Part shown: piece by piece, positions 33,810 through 47,429 of the stretch | How the letters are laid out: each line of letters opens with the position of its first letter | Position numbering within the stretch: position 1 is the stretch's first letter | Assembly (NCBI RefSeq): GCF_020745735.1 | Contig: NC_083425.1 | Coordinates: forward strand, 14,619,575-14,683,574 | Direction of reading: 5' to 3' | Source: Hemiscyllium ocellatum | Taxonomy: Eukaryota | DNA length: 64,000 nt | Notes under the pieces: generated by a model | Told to the model about the DNA's origin: nothing | Seen by the model: only the letters and a program-made list of their open reading frames with translations | Database searches by the model: none | Made by a program: the position numbers and the translations under genes

Positions 33810-35450
33810 TTTTCCTACATTTGGCCCATATTCCTTTAAACCTTTCCTATCCATGTACTTGCCCAAATGTCTTTTCGATGCTGTAATTGTACCCATCTCT
33901 CCCACCTCCTGGCATCTCGTACCATACATGCATCATCTTCTGTGTGAAAGAGTTTTCCCTCAGGTCATTTTTAAACCCTTCCCCTCTCGCCTTATACCTA
34001 TGCCCTCTAGTTTTGGACCTACTCCACACTAGGAAAAAAAAAGCCTTAGCTATTAACCCTATCCATGCCCCTCATGATTTTATAAACCTCAATAAGGTCA
34101 CCCCTCAGTGTCCAATGCTTCAGGGAAGAAAGTCACATCTTATTCAGCCTTTCCCTCCAGAAAATAATGTCTTCCAGTGCCAGCAACATCCTTGTAATTC
34201 TTTTCTGTGTGCTGTTTTGAGTTTAACAACATCTTTGCTATAGAAGGGAAACCAGAATCGTACACAGTATTTTAAAAGTGACCTTACCAGCGTCCTGTAC
34301 AGCTGCAACATAACATACCAACTCTTGTACAGAACAACCTTGATTATCTGAACTAGACGGATGGGGAGTATTTTGCTCAGATAACAGAGTTCGGCTGTTG
34401 GACCATTGGATAATGGGTAGCGTTTTTACCGGACCCTGAGATCTTGTTCAGATAATCTGAAATTTGGATAATTGAGGTTGTTCTGTATTCAGTATTCTGA
34501 CCAATGAAGGCAAGTGTGCTAAATGCCTTCATCACTGTGTCTGCCTGTGACTTCACTTCCAAGGAACTATGCATCCTGCTCGCTTAGGTCTCTTCCTTCA
34601 GCAACGCTCCCCAGGGCCCTACCATGAACTATATAAGTTCCATCCTGGTGTGACACCTTGAACCTATGCCCTTTAGTTTTGAACTCCCTTGCCTGGTTAA
34701 AAGACATTGGCGATTCACCTTATCTGTGACACTTGTGATTTTATAAACATCTATATTTATTAGATGTTTATAGCCTATAGCCTCTGATAATCCGGGGGAA
34801 AAAAGTCTGAGCCTCTCCTTATAATTCAAACTCTCCAGTCCAAGCAGCATCTTGTTAATCTTTTCTGCACCCTTTCCAGTGTAACAATAACTTTCCTGTA
34901 GCAGGGCAATCTCCAGAATTGTATGTAGTATTCGAAAAGTGGCCTAATCATTGTCCTGTACAACCACAACATGATTTCCCAAGTCCTAACGGTGCTCTGA
35001 CCAATGAAGGCAAGCATGCCAAATGCTGCCTTCATCACCCTGTCTACCTGCTACGCCACTTTCGAGGAACTGTGTACCTGCACCCTCGGTCCCTCTGTTC
35101 GACAACACTCCCCAGGGCATTACCATTAACTGCGTAGGTCCTGCCCTGGTTTGTCTTACCAAAATGCAGCACCTCTCATTTATTCAAATTAAACTCCCAT
35201 CTGCCACTTCGTGACCCGTTGCCCACAGATTTTGTTGAAATCTTAGATACCTTACTTCACTGTCCACTGTATCACCAATTTTGATATCCTCCACAAATTT
35301 ATGGATCATGCCTCCTACATTCTCATCCAAATCATTTGTATAAATGGCAAACAATGGTGGACCCAGCACCGATCCAGTCTGAATAACAACCCTCTATCAC
35401 CATCCTCAGAGTCCTCCTGTTAAGCCAGTTTTTTATCCAGTTGTTAAGTG
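33810..35450 (-). mobile_element. Composite of CR1 3' fragments, tail-to-tail with the preceding CR1
   Basis: Minus-strand translations AFGMLAFIGQ...RPLFEYYIQFW and LGPPLFAIYTNDLDENV. Confidence 0.8.
34330..34485. mobile_element. Tc1/mariner (Tigger-like) MITE, same family as 27531-27706
   Basis: TA TSD (34328-29 / 34486-87). TIRs CAGAACAACCTTGATTATC vs CAGAACAACCTCAATTATC (17/19). Confidence 0.85.
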
Positions 35451-38157
35451 AGTCAATGTTACGCTGTTTTCTTTACTCTTCTCGCATCCTGTCAATTGCA
35501 TTTACACTTCTATGATATTCCTTGCGTTGAATTTCTTGTATTTATTAATGACTTTGTTACATCTTTGTAAAAACTGATAATTTGTAACTTCAACTTGTAA
35601 CAGCAAATTCATAGTTTAACATGTAATGGTTAAGATTTAATTTAAATGTTTTACTGTACAAAGCAAGTAAAACCACCATTAGCTAATCATTGTTTTGTTG
35701 GCAATATATATTTTAAATTTAACTTAACACAACTGAGAAAAAAACATTTTTATGTTTCACTCACTTTTAAGTAGACAGTCAGTTCTCCTAGAGCTATTTT
35801 TTCATGTTGAGAATTTTTCTGGAGATTCCCTCGCATAAGCTGGGTGAATTTTAATGCCTCAAATTTAGTTATTTTTCAATTTAAGCCCAAGCTTCCTGCC
35901 TACACATCTGCATTATAACCACAGAGACTTTTGGATTCTAGTTGTGCTCTGTCTTTCTCAGACCCCAGTTGTCTAACTTTTTCGTGATATTTTAGCAAAC
36001 CTGATCTGACCATGGGTTTTTCTTAACCTCTCAAAACACATTATGAATCACATACATAACCATTTACAACCTGATATTCTTATCACTTTCCTGGGACTTT
36101 GGAAATACTGGAAGTCGAGTCACTGTCAATGTATTGCTACCAGCTGTGAACACCTTTTGCATTCTTTTGAACATAGCAGTCTGAGTCTCCCTTTAATCTA
36201 ATAGCTATGTCACTCACACCTGTTGTCAGACAGACTTTGGAACAGGTGACATGACATCCTTCATTTTAGTTATTTTATAGATGTATACATTTATAGACAC
36301 ATTCTCAGAACATAAACTTATAAACTTTATAACCATGTAATCATTTCTTACAGCACAGAAAAAGGCTTGTGCCCTATCCTATATTGATTTTTGTGTAAGG
36401 AACAAGTTTAACAATGAAATCAGAACAATTAGCCCACAGTCTGAGTATTAGTATCCTTTGGATTTCTAATTAATTATCTACTTTGAACTGTTATAATTCA
36501 TGTATTATTATAAAGCATAACAAAATAAATTTACGTGGGAGCTCACGCGCGGTGTGCCTAGTCTCCTGAATGAAGAGCAGAGTTTTCACAGAAAACTTTC
36601 AGCCCCAGGGGAAATCAATTAACCGAATAATCAATTATCCAAACGAAATAGTGTCCGCCCATCTCGTTTGGATAATATAGGTTCCTCTGTAATTGCAGAT
36701 TCCTGGCTGCTCCAATGTCAGGTAAACAACTATTGATCTTTTCCTCTTGTTACATCTTAAAAGACAACTATGTTTGAAAAATTCATTTTACCTTGAGGTG
36801 AAATAGGTGTTCTGGTGGGGTGGGGCAAATGTTCACACTAAACACCCCTTCTCAGAGATCTTGTGACAGTGGGAGAGAAGTCCAACTAAACTTATCAAAA
36901 TATTAAATGACAGTTTTTATGTCTTTCCACAGTAATTCTCAGTAAAGAAATAGCAGTTTTACCAAACACATGAATAGCAAGAAATAGTCAAGGCATATTC
37001 TACTGGGCAGCGAAGCAACAAAGCTGCTGTTGTGAGAGAAGGGTAAACTTGTGTTAATGATGTAAGATGTTCCAAAGAGTTGGTTTTCTATTTGAAAGAA
37101 AGGGGACTAAAGCAACAGGATTTTGGAGGTGGAAGGAACAGGAGTTGCTGAGGTGAGATTTGCTGATGGAAGTCAATTTGTAAGACTGAGACTCAGCAGA
37201 ATCATTTCCTTTAGTAAAGTGTTGCTTGTTATATAAATGTTTCATCTATGTTGGTTTTAGTTTTTGTTACATTAAAAATATTAAAAAGTGAAATTTTATC
37301 CTTCAGTAATATCCTTTGACCACTTACAGATTTATCTCTTAAAAAGTTACGGGCCTATCAAAGCATTATAGTGCATTAATTCCCAGAAAGTTATACGTGT
37401 ATAACAGTGGTTGGAGTGGAACGCACGTTTACAGAGCATCCAGCTTTTTGGTTGGAATCTGAAATATTCACACTGCAAATTATTAAAAGACTTGCTTGGG
37501 GGCTGAAGTGTGAAAATGTTACTTGTCTGTTTTTGTTTTTTGAGAGGTATGTGAGTTGTCACAGCCAAAATTTGTATTTCTTTTTACAGCTCTTGATTAG
37601 TAAATTAGTATGTAAGAGGAATGTGACTTTTTAAATTCATAAACATTGAGATTTGATACCTGTTGCATAGCCCATATCTGCTGTCTGTCCCTCATTACAA
37701 CCAGAGGGACCCTTTTGGCGAGCCACAGTGCATTTAAAACGTGTGTTATACTGAAAGAAGATTACATGTTGAAAAGGCTGCACTTGCTGATATCAAGGAA
37801 CATGTGCATTAACAGCAATATATCTCAGCTATTGTATTAACTAGGTTCAAATTAGTGATACAATTTCCAGGAAAAAGTACATTGGGCCACAAAAATCAAC
37901 TGTTAACCGTCCTAAGAAATTTTTAATTTGAAAGATAGGCTTAATATTGTTTGCATGTGTACACAAGCAGTCAGTAAGAATTGATTGTTTGAAATTGTCA
38001 AGAGCGACACTTAACTAGAAATTTAGGTTACGTATTATGGCTGTGTACTAATAAATGCAGATAGAGTCGCTGATTTCCAGCAATTGAATAATGATTTGCT
38101 TGGGTGTGACGATCTAGACAAGGTGAACTTGGTCAACTGCCCTCCCTGATCCACATT

Positions 38158-38620
38158 AGAGTCGTAGAGTCATAGAGATGTTCAGCACGGAAACAGACCC
38201 TTCGGTCCAACCCGTCCATGCCGACCATATATCCCAACCCTATCTAGTCCCACCTACCAGCATCCGGCCCATATCCCTCCTAACCCTTCTTATTCAAATA
38301 CCCATCCAGATGCCTTTTAAATGTTGCAATTGTACTAGCCTTCACTATTTCCTCTGGCAGCTCATTCCCTACAAGTACCACCCTCTGCATGAAAAAGTTC
38401 CCCATAGGTCTCTTTTATTATCTTTCCCCTCTCAACCTAAACCTATGCCCTCCACTTTTGAACTCCCCAACCCCAGGGAAAAGACTTTGTTTATTTATCC
38501 TATCCATGCCCCTCATGATTTTATAAACTTCTGTAAGGCCATCCCTCAGCCTCTGACGCCTGAGGGAAAACAGCCCCAGCCTTTTCAGCATCTTCCTATT
38601 GCTCAAACCCTCCAACCTTC
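38158..38620 (-). mobile_element. CR1 LINE 3' fragment
   Basis: LGLFSLRRQRLRDGLTEVYKIMRGMDR and a (TAGAGTCA)-type tail. Confidence 0.85.
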
Positions 38621-38688
38621 TCTACTATCTCAACTATTTCCATCTATCCTGTTGCTATATTTTTAATTGAGAACTTTTTTGTGCCTAG

Positions 38689-38884
38689 GTCATCGTACTT
38701 GCTGTTGGCTCCATTACTGTGTCAGGCCAAACCACAGGCTGAAGTGCCATCTCCTTCTTGCAGTGCATATGCACACAATATTCAGCGATTCCAGTGGATT
38801 GGGGAGTTTGTTCCAGCTTTTGGAATTTCAGGCAGCCAGGTGAAGGTGCTAAGTTCCCCCTCAGAGTTCTATGAAACAATGAAG
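38689..38884 (+). CDS. PGS1: PGS1 exon 2
   Basis: Acceptor CTAG|G; SSYLLLAPLL...RFQWIGEFVPAFGISGSQVKVLSSPSEFYETMK; donor AAG|GTAAGT. Confidence 0.95.
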
Positions 38885-40597
38885 GTAAGTTAATGTGCAA
38901 AATGGATTACCATTTGAGCATGTGAGCAATGTCATTTTGTGTATGCAAAAGGCTCAGAGCATTCTGGTTTTTGGTGTTGGCCTTTTTGTATGCTCTTCAT
39001 TTTTTATTCCTTCATCTACCTTGGAAAAATATGTAATGAATTTATATGCACCCGACCATTTCACATGCACAGGTACATATGATGGTTTTCAGTTTTTAAA
39101 CAGTTAGTTGACTGTTAGAATTGCAACTTAAGTGGTTCGTGTTCTTTTTAGTTCAGAGCATCAGAGCGTACAACTTTGTATGGTATTTTTTGCATCTAAG
39201 TTGGATCTGCTGTAGCAGTGATTTACCAGAAGTTGCAGTGCAGTTGCAGCAAATTTTGCAAAGCTGCACTCGCCAAGTTTTTGAGGAATTCAATGTAACA
39301 GTATAGGCATTCTCTTACTGTAATCTGGAGGCCTGGACTAATAATCCAGAGAATGATTTCAAATCTCAGTATACTAGACAGAGAATTTATACTATGAGGC
39401 TGTAATATTCTCATCGAAAATACTATTTTCTTTCACGCATGCCATTTGGAGGACACTTGGTACTTGTTATATATACAATTCCGTTCCTCTCCAGTAGGGT
39501 TGACTGTTAGAATGAGCACTTCAGTAGATAGATCACTGAACAGGTCTGTTATCATTTTCTCAGACCAGTTATGGCAGAGCCTTGTCCTATATCTTGAGAA
39601 TTATAAGTAAGATTAATTTAGTCCACAGATGTCCTTTGGAAGTTCTGCATAAAATTGCAGTTTTATTTTGTTGCTACCACAATCACATCACTACTGTAGA
39701 ATTATCAGTAGAACCTGTAAGTGGAGTGCATTGTATTCTTTCATCTGCGTGCTCTGAGATTCATTCCACATTGACTAAAGAGCTAAGAGCTACCCACTGC
39801 TGTTGTCGGTGCTGAGGTGCATGCTAATGAGACAAAGTGGCGCAATGGTAGTGTCTGTGTGAAATGTTCTGTGTTTAAATACCACCTGCTGCAGAGGTGT
39901 CATAACATGCCTGAATAGTTAATTAAAAAATAACTTTAAAAAATCTAAATTTCAATAGTGATTTGCAGTCTCACCAAAGGAACAGGATAGATGACAGATG
40001 GGAATAATGTAAATGCCACGTCAGAAATTTTTTTGGATGCTGATTTATAGGTTTAAGATGTGCAATCCTAGAAACTTCACTCTCCATCCAGTAAATTCTG
40101 TACCAAACATCGAATTAAAAAACAAGTTATGGAAATTTTTTATTTGCAGATTGACAGCATACAATTGACACATTGCAAAAGAAACAAGTAAGTTTATTAT
40201 CTTTGGAATTGTTGGAGAAATTTGTTTAGAAGGTTTAAATAAATTCCTTTAATTCTTAGGCATACTAAATCTGCAAAATTAATTAACCAAAAAATTACAT
40301 TAAAAACAATATTCATATAATACATTCATAATCATATAATTGTGTACCTCCAATTTAATGTCATTAAAAATGATTTATAATAAGAACAAAGATTAGAATG
40401 AGAGGTTGCCCACTTTGTCATCATCTTGATACATGTATAGGTAGTGGATTATAGTCTACACTCATGGCGATTAAAGCTTTCAACATTTCATGTATTCATT
40501 TTGACTTAGTTGTTGGTGTACAGCAATATAACTTTCATAAGTTTACATTATTGTTAACTGAATTGAAATAATGTTCTGTTTTGATTTATATAAATAG

Positions 40598-40675
40598 GAA
40601 CATATCAAAATGGCTAAGAAGAGAATCGTTATGGCTTCTTTATACCTTGGGACAGGACCTTTGGAGCAGGAGCTG
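40598..40675 (+). CDS. PGS1: PGS1 exon 3
   Basis: EHIKMAKKRIVMASLYLGTGPLEQEL; acceptor ATAG|, donor CTG|GTGGGT. Confidence 0.95.
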
Positions 40676-40774
40676 GTGGGTAACATACTGGAGGACCCCA
40701 GAAGTTAATTATTGAATGGTATTGTATTTTGTGTATTTTATTGGAATTAAACAATAATTTGGTATATGCAGCAC

Positions 40775-41825
40775 CATTACACCATATGATGTAAGAACAG
40801 AAGTAGGTTATTTGGCACATTGAAACTGCTCACCATTCAGTGAGATCGTGGATTCCCTTTCCCTACCTTTTCCCCATAATGCTTCTTTCTCATATTGATT
40901 AAAATTCTGTCTATCTCAGCCTTGAATACACTGAATGACCCAGTCTCGACAGTGCTCAGCAGTAAAGAGTTTCACAGATTCACTACTCTGTGAGAGAAGA
41001 AATACATCCTAACCGGGCAACCCCTTACTCTGAGATTATGCCGATCAATCCTAGACTCTGCCCAAAAGGGAAACAGCCCTTCAGCATCTTTTCAAGTCCA
41101 CTATGTTTCAAAATGTTGCCTTTCATTTGTGGAAACTCCTCTAAGTATAGGCCCAACCTACTCAATCTTTCCTCCATATCTAGGATCAACATAGTGAATT
41201 TTCTCTGGACTGACACCAATGCCAGCACAATTTTCCTTAGTTAAGAGGCCCAAAGCTATTCACGTATTCCAGATGTGGCTTAATGAGTTTATAGTTGCAT
41301 ACTTTTGGCAAGATTTCTTACTTTTATAGTCCATTCCCTTTGAAATAATTAGCAATGTTCCGCTTTCCTTGCTTATTACCTGTTGAGCTTGTATGCAGAA
41401 TTTATTATGATGTGTGCTCAAGGATTCCATTTAAATAATAGTCAGCTCCTCCTCCTCCAGCCAAAGTGCATTAACTCACATTTCTCCGCATTATATTCCA
41501 TCTGCTCAGTTTTTACCCAGTCATTTATTTATATCCTTCTGCAGAGTCTTTGTGTCATCCCCTCTATTTGCCTTTCCACTTCTTTTTGTTTCATTCACAA
41601 ACTTAGCTTAGTATATTCACATCTCTCTTCCAAGTCATTAAAATATACTGTAAATAATTGTGATCCCAGCACTGATCCCTGTGGTACTCTGCTGGATTCA
41701 AGTTACTCTCCTAAAAATGCCCACGTATTCCAGCACTCTGACTATCTAATAGAAGACGATCATCTAACAATATACTATGAATGTGGTGCCCCTAATGCCA
41801 TGGACTCTTGCTTTACTTTGATAAG
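40775..41825 (-). mobile_element. Old CR1 LINE fragment
   Basis: Degenerate VPQGSVLGS motif near 41660-41690 and LVSVQRKFTMLI. Confidence 0.7.
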
Positions 41826-43934
41826 TACTTGAATAGGAAAGTTCGGAGGGATATGGGTTAGGAGCAGGCAGGTTGGACTAGTTTAGTTTAAGATTATGTT
41901 CGGCATGGACTGGTTGGACTGATGGGTCTGTTTCTGTGCTGTGTGGCTCTATGACTCCATTAAGTAGCATCTGAGCTCAGTGAGTTGGCTCCTGCCCTTT
42001 GGGCTGGGGATAGGAGAAGGGGGATTGATGAGGGGTGAGAGTGTGGAAGGGAGAGGAATGAGTAGAGAGGAGAGGAAAGAGACTGAATGGAAGAGGTGGT
42101 GAAGGCGAAGGAGAGCAGAGGAGTGTTGGGAGAAAGATGTAGTGAGTAATTAGAAGGCAAAAGGCTTCCAACTTCTGTAGTAGGCAGCACCCAATGGATG
42201 GGGTGAGACTGCTAGTGGCAACAGCCCTGAGAACAGAGATGGGGAGGAGATACTGCTGAGCTTGGCACCCACTGTTCTGCCTCTGTCACATGGGACCTTG
42301 CACAGTGGTGAGGGATGTGGAGACATTGGGAGCGGCCACTAGTTTGAGAGGGAGCGTTCACTCCAAAATAAAACCATGTGGTCATGTAAGGTACTATAAG
42401 CAGATCATATGAATATTGCAGTGCTCAATAATATTTCCCATCCTATGAACATAGCGATATTAAGATGAAATGATACTCACAACTGCAAGATTAAACAAGA
42501 ACTCCCTGTGTATCTCAGCTCTGTGGAGACCTGTGAATAGATTATCCTGCTGTCACCTTTGTTTCTAGGATTTGGAAGGATAACAGAAAAGGAAGGGCAA
42601 TACTACATTTGAGTGTATATTAACAAACTTTTGGAACTCTGAAGTAAAATCAACAAATGCTGGAAAATCTTAAAGTAGCAGTATCTGTGGAGACAGAAAT
42701 GGTTTTAACTTCAAGTCAGATACAACTTTCTTTCCTCAGAACTGAGCCATGATGTTTGCTGAACCATGTCTATTTTGGTTAAGTTTTAAGTAGAGAGTGG
42801 ACTCAGGGCCATATCAATGAAATCAATTACTGTTGCAATGTGTAATTCTGGGCAGGATGATTTAAGTATTTCGGTGTGTGCAGTATAGATTCCTTGGAGT
42901 TTTGGACAGTTAGCTCGGTTGACTATAAATCTTTGTGCTGGCTTCTTTTTGATGCAAGTAGCGCAAGCAGGATTTGTGCTTGCTTGCGAAAGTTGGGCAA
43001 TATTTCCATGAATGCAGTGTTTGAACTTTTAAACTGTTATTTACTGTTTCTCAACTTCTGCTGAACTGGTCTGTTCATTCATTGGAATAAAGGTAGCTAT
43101 AGCTTGTTCGCAAATTAGTAATCTTTGTAAGTTTCAGTTTGATGTCTCTAATTTATTTGCATATCAGAAGATTCTAAAATTAAGTATTATTTCTAAAACA
43201 AAAATGTAAATTTTATAACAGAGTGTGACAGATGAGCAGTCAATATATTTTATGTGTAGATGTTTCAGCAACCCCTTTCAAGAGCTACAGCTTTTAAAAG
43301 AAATACCGATTTCCAGTGACCAATTTAAAGGACAGAGAGATTTGACGTTTTAAAGTTTTTACTGCAACAAGCAGATCAAAAGCAAGGTTGTCTAAACAGT
43401 ATTTTCATATGTTGCTTATATTTTAAAATACAAAGCAAAACTTTCTCCCTTTACTTTTAATGCAACTGAGGACCCCACTTCATATTTATGTGTAGCACTA
43501 TCCCATAAATAGATACTAATTTCTCTTGGAGCCAATCAAAAATAATTTTAGGCTCCCAAGGAGCTACTTACATTCTTTTGTTTTTCAGATCTGGAAGTTT
43601 TAGATCTCAGAACTAGCTTTTGCAGTGGCAGTTTCCCTCGAGATTCTCCCTCTATCTTGATGTGGGCGAATGTTCAAATCTTGTTTCAAATCCTCATGAA
43701 TGTGGGCTTTTCACTTTGAATACAAACTTCCACGCACACTCTTGTGTGGTGAACAATGTAGGCTTGTGGCCTCTGCCTTACCCCTGGCAGACTTAGCTAT
43801 ATGTGAAACTCCTGAATATCTTTTAGGAGAAACTTATAGTATGGTGGTACTATAGCTGCCAACGCATCTCAACCCCGTCTACATAGTAATGTGTATCACA
43901 TAGCCATTATATCCAGGTAGAAGTCTTGATTAAC

Positions 43935-44163
43935 GAGTTAAAAAGTGTGGTGTTGGAAACCACAGCCAGTCAGCATCTGAGGAGCAGCAGAGTTTACATT
44001 TCGAGCAAAGGCTCTTGTTTAGGAATGTCACATTCTTGATGAAGAGCTTATGCTCGAAACGTCGACTCTGCTGGTCCTCGGATGCTGCCTGATCTGCTGT
44101 GCTTTTCCAGCATCACAACTTTTGACTGATCTCCAGCATCTGCAGTCCTCACTTTCTCCTAGC
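43935..44163. mobile_element. Fold-back PLE insert
   Basis: Inverted arms around ~44030; 8-bp TSD TGATTAAC (43927-43934 / 44164-44171). The + strand hammerhead reads TTGATGA-A-GAGC-TTAT-GCTC-GAAA-CGTC. Confidence 0.8.
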
Positions 44164-44490
44164 TGATTAACTAGCTAGTCTAATTTGAAGTTAGTCTATT
44201 TTGTTCTATTAATTTGCAAATCTATGAAAATCCTGTACTAATTATGTCTGTTCCCACTGTTCTACTCTGCCATGTTACAATGCTAAAACAACAGAAGGTG
44301 GAAATTTAAGTCCGTTTTAATGGGTAAAATCCAAAAAAAGGTCTTTTTAAATTAGAGGGATCACTAAACTAACACATTTAGATTGCTAGGACTGAAAATT
44401 AAAGAGGGATTTAAAGTTTGATCAGTGCTAACGGCATTGATATTTAAATTTCAACTAATGAAATATGATTTGTAACCTTGATTTTATTAG

Positions 44491-44590
44491 GTAGATTGCA
44501 TTGAAGAAACACTGCAACGATCACAGGATGAAACTCCGAAATCTGATCTCAGAGTTTCTGTTCTGCTGGATTGCACAAGAGGGTCTAGAG
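44491..44590 (+). CDS. PGS1: PGS1 exon 4
   Basis: VDCIEETLQRSQDETPKSDLRVSVLLDCTRGSR(G); acceptor TTAG|, donor G|GTACGT. Confidence 0.95.
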
Positions 44591-45410
44591 GTACGTAGAT
44601 AGGAACAGTTGTTACCACCTAAAACATTAGATATTCCTCAAATAGTTTGATACGATTAGGGTTAAATAATGCAAATGTAGGTGAACTCAGTTTAAATGAA
44701 TAACATTAAATTTTATTGGTGATTTATGTTGTATGTCCAGTTGTCTATTGTATGCACTTTTATTGCTTTCTTACTTTGATAAAAACTTTGCATTCTAATA
44801 AACAAAATTGTACTTTATGTAGACATTTTGAATTTTTAAAACAATGTTCTTTCACGAGATAGCCAGCATTTACTGCCCATGCCTAATTGTCCTTGAGAAG
44901 GTAATGGTGAGGAAAATTCTTGAGCCACTGCATGTAGTTTTGGTACATCCATATAGTTCTTGGGAAAAGTGAGGAAATGAAAGATTTTATCTACCTTCTA
45001 TTAGGAAAGCAGAACTATTGAAGCATGCTGTTATTCTTATGGTTATTCTTACTGTAGGTTTTCAGGAGGTTGGTGTTAAGTTAACGCACTAATATTCTTA
45101 GATTTCTACTAGTGGCTTCTGTTATGATTTGTTTTTAATTTTGTGACTGAAGATCCCAGGTTCCTCTTTTTTGCCTTGAAGGAATAAGCTAATAAAACAG
45201 GGAACGAGAGCTCTGGCCTTTCCCAACAAAGGGACAAGAGAAAATGCAAATTGCTTCAATTTTTCTTCCTCCTGACTACACTCTTGTCTGAATACAGATG
45301 ATCTAAGTAGTGACCTCGGAATGTGTTCTGTCCAAGTTTTCAATCGTTTCTTAGTCTGTAGCGTGGGTGATGAATAATGGAGAAAATATAAGTTGGACTT
45401 GTCCCTTGTA

Positions 45411-46210
45411 AAAAATGAGGTCTGCAGATGCTGGAGATCACAGCTGAAAATGTGTTGCTGGTTAAAGCACAGCAGGTTAGGCAGCATCCAAGGAATAGGA
45501 AATTCGACGTTTCGGGCACAAGCCCTTCATCAGGAATGAGGAGAGTGTGCCAAGCAGGCTAAGATAAAAGGTAGGGAGGAGGGGCTTGGGGAGGGGCGAT
45601 GGAGATGTGATAGGTGGAAGGAGGTCAAGGTGAGGGTGATAGGCCGGAGTGGGGTGGGGGCGGAGAGGTCAGGAAGAAGATTGCAGGTTAGGAGGGCGGT
45701 GCTGAGTTGAGGGACCCGACTGAGACAAGGTGGGGGGAGGGGAAATGAGGAAACTGGAGAAATCTGAGTTCATTCCTTGTGGTTGGAGGGTTCCCAGGCG
45801 GAAGATGAGGCGCTCCTCCTCCAGCCGTCGTGTTGTTATGTTCTGCCGGTGGAGGAGTCCAAGGACCTGCATGTCCTCGGTGGAGTGGGAGGGAGAGTTA
45901 AAGTGTTGAGCCACGGGCTGGTTGGGTTGGTTGGTCCGGGCGTCCCTGAGGTGTTCTCTGAAGCGTTCCGCATGTAAGCGGCCCGTCTCCCCAAAATAGA
46001 GGAGGCCACATCGGGTGCAGCGGATGCAGCAGATGCAATAGATGATGTGTGTGGAGGTACAGGTGAACTTGTGGCGGATATGGAAGGATCCCTTGGGGCC
46101 TTGGAGGGAAGTGAGGGAGGAAGTGTGGGCGCAAGTTTTACATTTCCTGCAGTTGCAGGGGAAAGTGCCGGGAGTGGAGGTTGGGTTGGTGGGGGGTGTG
46201 GACCTGACGA
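45411..46210 (-). mobile_element. Penelope-like element 3' part (GIY-YIG endonuclease + terminal repeat)
   Basis: KFTCTSTHIIYCI...RCTRCGLLYFGETGR...ERFREHL...VAQHFNSPSHSTEDMQVLGL...RRLEEERLIFRLGTLQPQGMN. Confidence 0.92.
45502..45537 (-). ncRNA. Minimal type I hammerhead ribozyme, intact core
   Basis: ATTC-CTGATGA-A-GGGC-TTGT-GCCC-GAAA-C-GTC-GAAT: stem I AUUC/GAAU, stem II GGGC/GCCC, GUC cleavage triplet. Confidence 0.8.
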
Positions 46211-46383
46211 TTTCAAATCTACGAAGTGTGCTTCAAAGTGAAATATTTTTTAAATGCAAAGTGTTGAACATTTATTCTGTTTACAGTGTATTAAATCCTC
46301 CCATTAAGCATTTTGACATGTTCTTTTTAAACTGAGTGTTGGTCATCCTTCGAGGTATAATTGTGTTGTGTCACTCCCTATAG

Positions 46384-46573
46384 GCAAGAAGAATTCTCGA
46401 ACTATGCTGATTCCATTGTTAAAGAAATTTCCAAATCAAGTGCGTGTTTCTTTGTATCACACTCCGGATCTCCGAGGTATTTTTAAGTTCCTTCTCCCAG
46501 AACGGTTCAATGAGATAATTGGACTGCAACACATCAAAGTCTACCTCTTCGACGACAATGTCATTGTTAGTGG
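46384..46573 (+). CDS. PGS1: PGS1 exon 5 (first HKD motif)
   Basis: KKNSRTMLIPLLKKFPNQVRVSLYHTP...GLQHIKVYLFDDNVIVS(G); acceptor ATAG|, donor GG|GTGAGT. Confidence 0.97.
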
Positions 46574-47429
46574 GTGAGTATGAAAAAAAAGGCTGAACTT
46601 CTAAAAATTATTGCAGCAGGCAGGTGTTTGAGTAGAAGGTAACACGACCAGTGAATCAGGAATCCCTGGAGCTGTAGAGAATTTTAGTTAGAGGGGTTCT
46701 GTCACTTTTTAAAAAAAAATCTGTTTCCTGCCCAGCAGCTGGACAGTTTCCAGCCAGCAAATTTAACTGCAGGAGTTCAGAATTAATATTGATGGGGTCT
46801 TGTGTGAGGGTGCTGGTGTTGGGAAGTGGAGGCTGGTTTAGATGGATTGGAGATGTAGGGTGTTGGCAGATTGGTGATCAGGAGGTCAATGATAAAAGGT
46901 AATGAATGGGACACGGTAGAATGGGAATCAGCTAATTGTGGCATTGAGATGCAGTTGTGATTAATAAAGGATTGTTTGTTTGAGGGCTTGAGTGGTAAAA
47001 TAAAACTAATCTTGGCTCACAAGCAGAGCTCTTAAAAACTGCTTATTATCTGTAGCCTGCTGCACGTCTTTCTAGTTGCCAAGTTTCATGAGTCCCGGGA
47101 AATCTGTCTAGCACTGTACTGTAAAAACTTTGCTTAAATATTAGTCAGTGTCCCAGATGGCCCATGATGAGACACAGGCACATGTGCAAGCCCAGAATAA
47201 AATTTGCAGCAGCATTGGGTTCGAGTTATGTTTCCCAATGTTCATTTTTAAACCCGTTGTGACTCAGTTCTGCATATTGTAAACTGAGTACTAAATGTAA
47301 ACAACCTGAAATTCTTAAATTTCACGTAATCATGATCATAACTCATTTGTAAAGAAGTTGTGATTTACTGGCTGACTATTTGTCAGGTTTGCATGATTCA
47401 TATATATGAACAATGTATTGGGGCTTGCC

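Noticed and set aside
40676-44494. Alternative splice sites 4 nt downstream at the exon 3 donor (GT at 40680) and the exon 4 acceptor (AG at 44493-44494)
   Set aside because: Each alone shifts the frame, and homology supports the annotated sites. Using both together would keep the frame, but there is no evidence for it.
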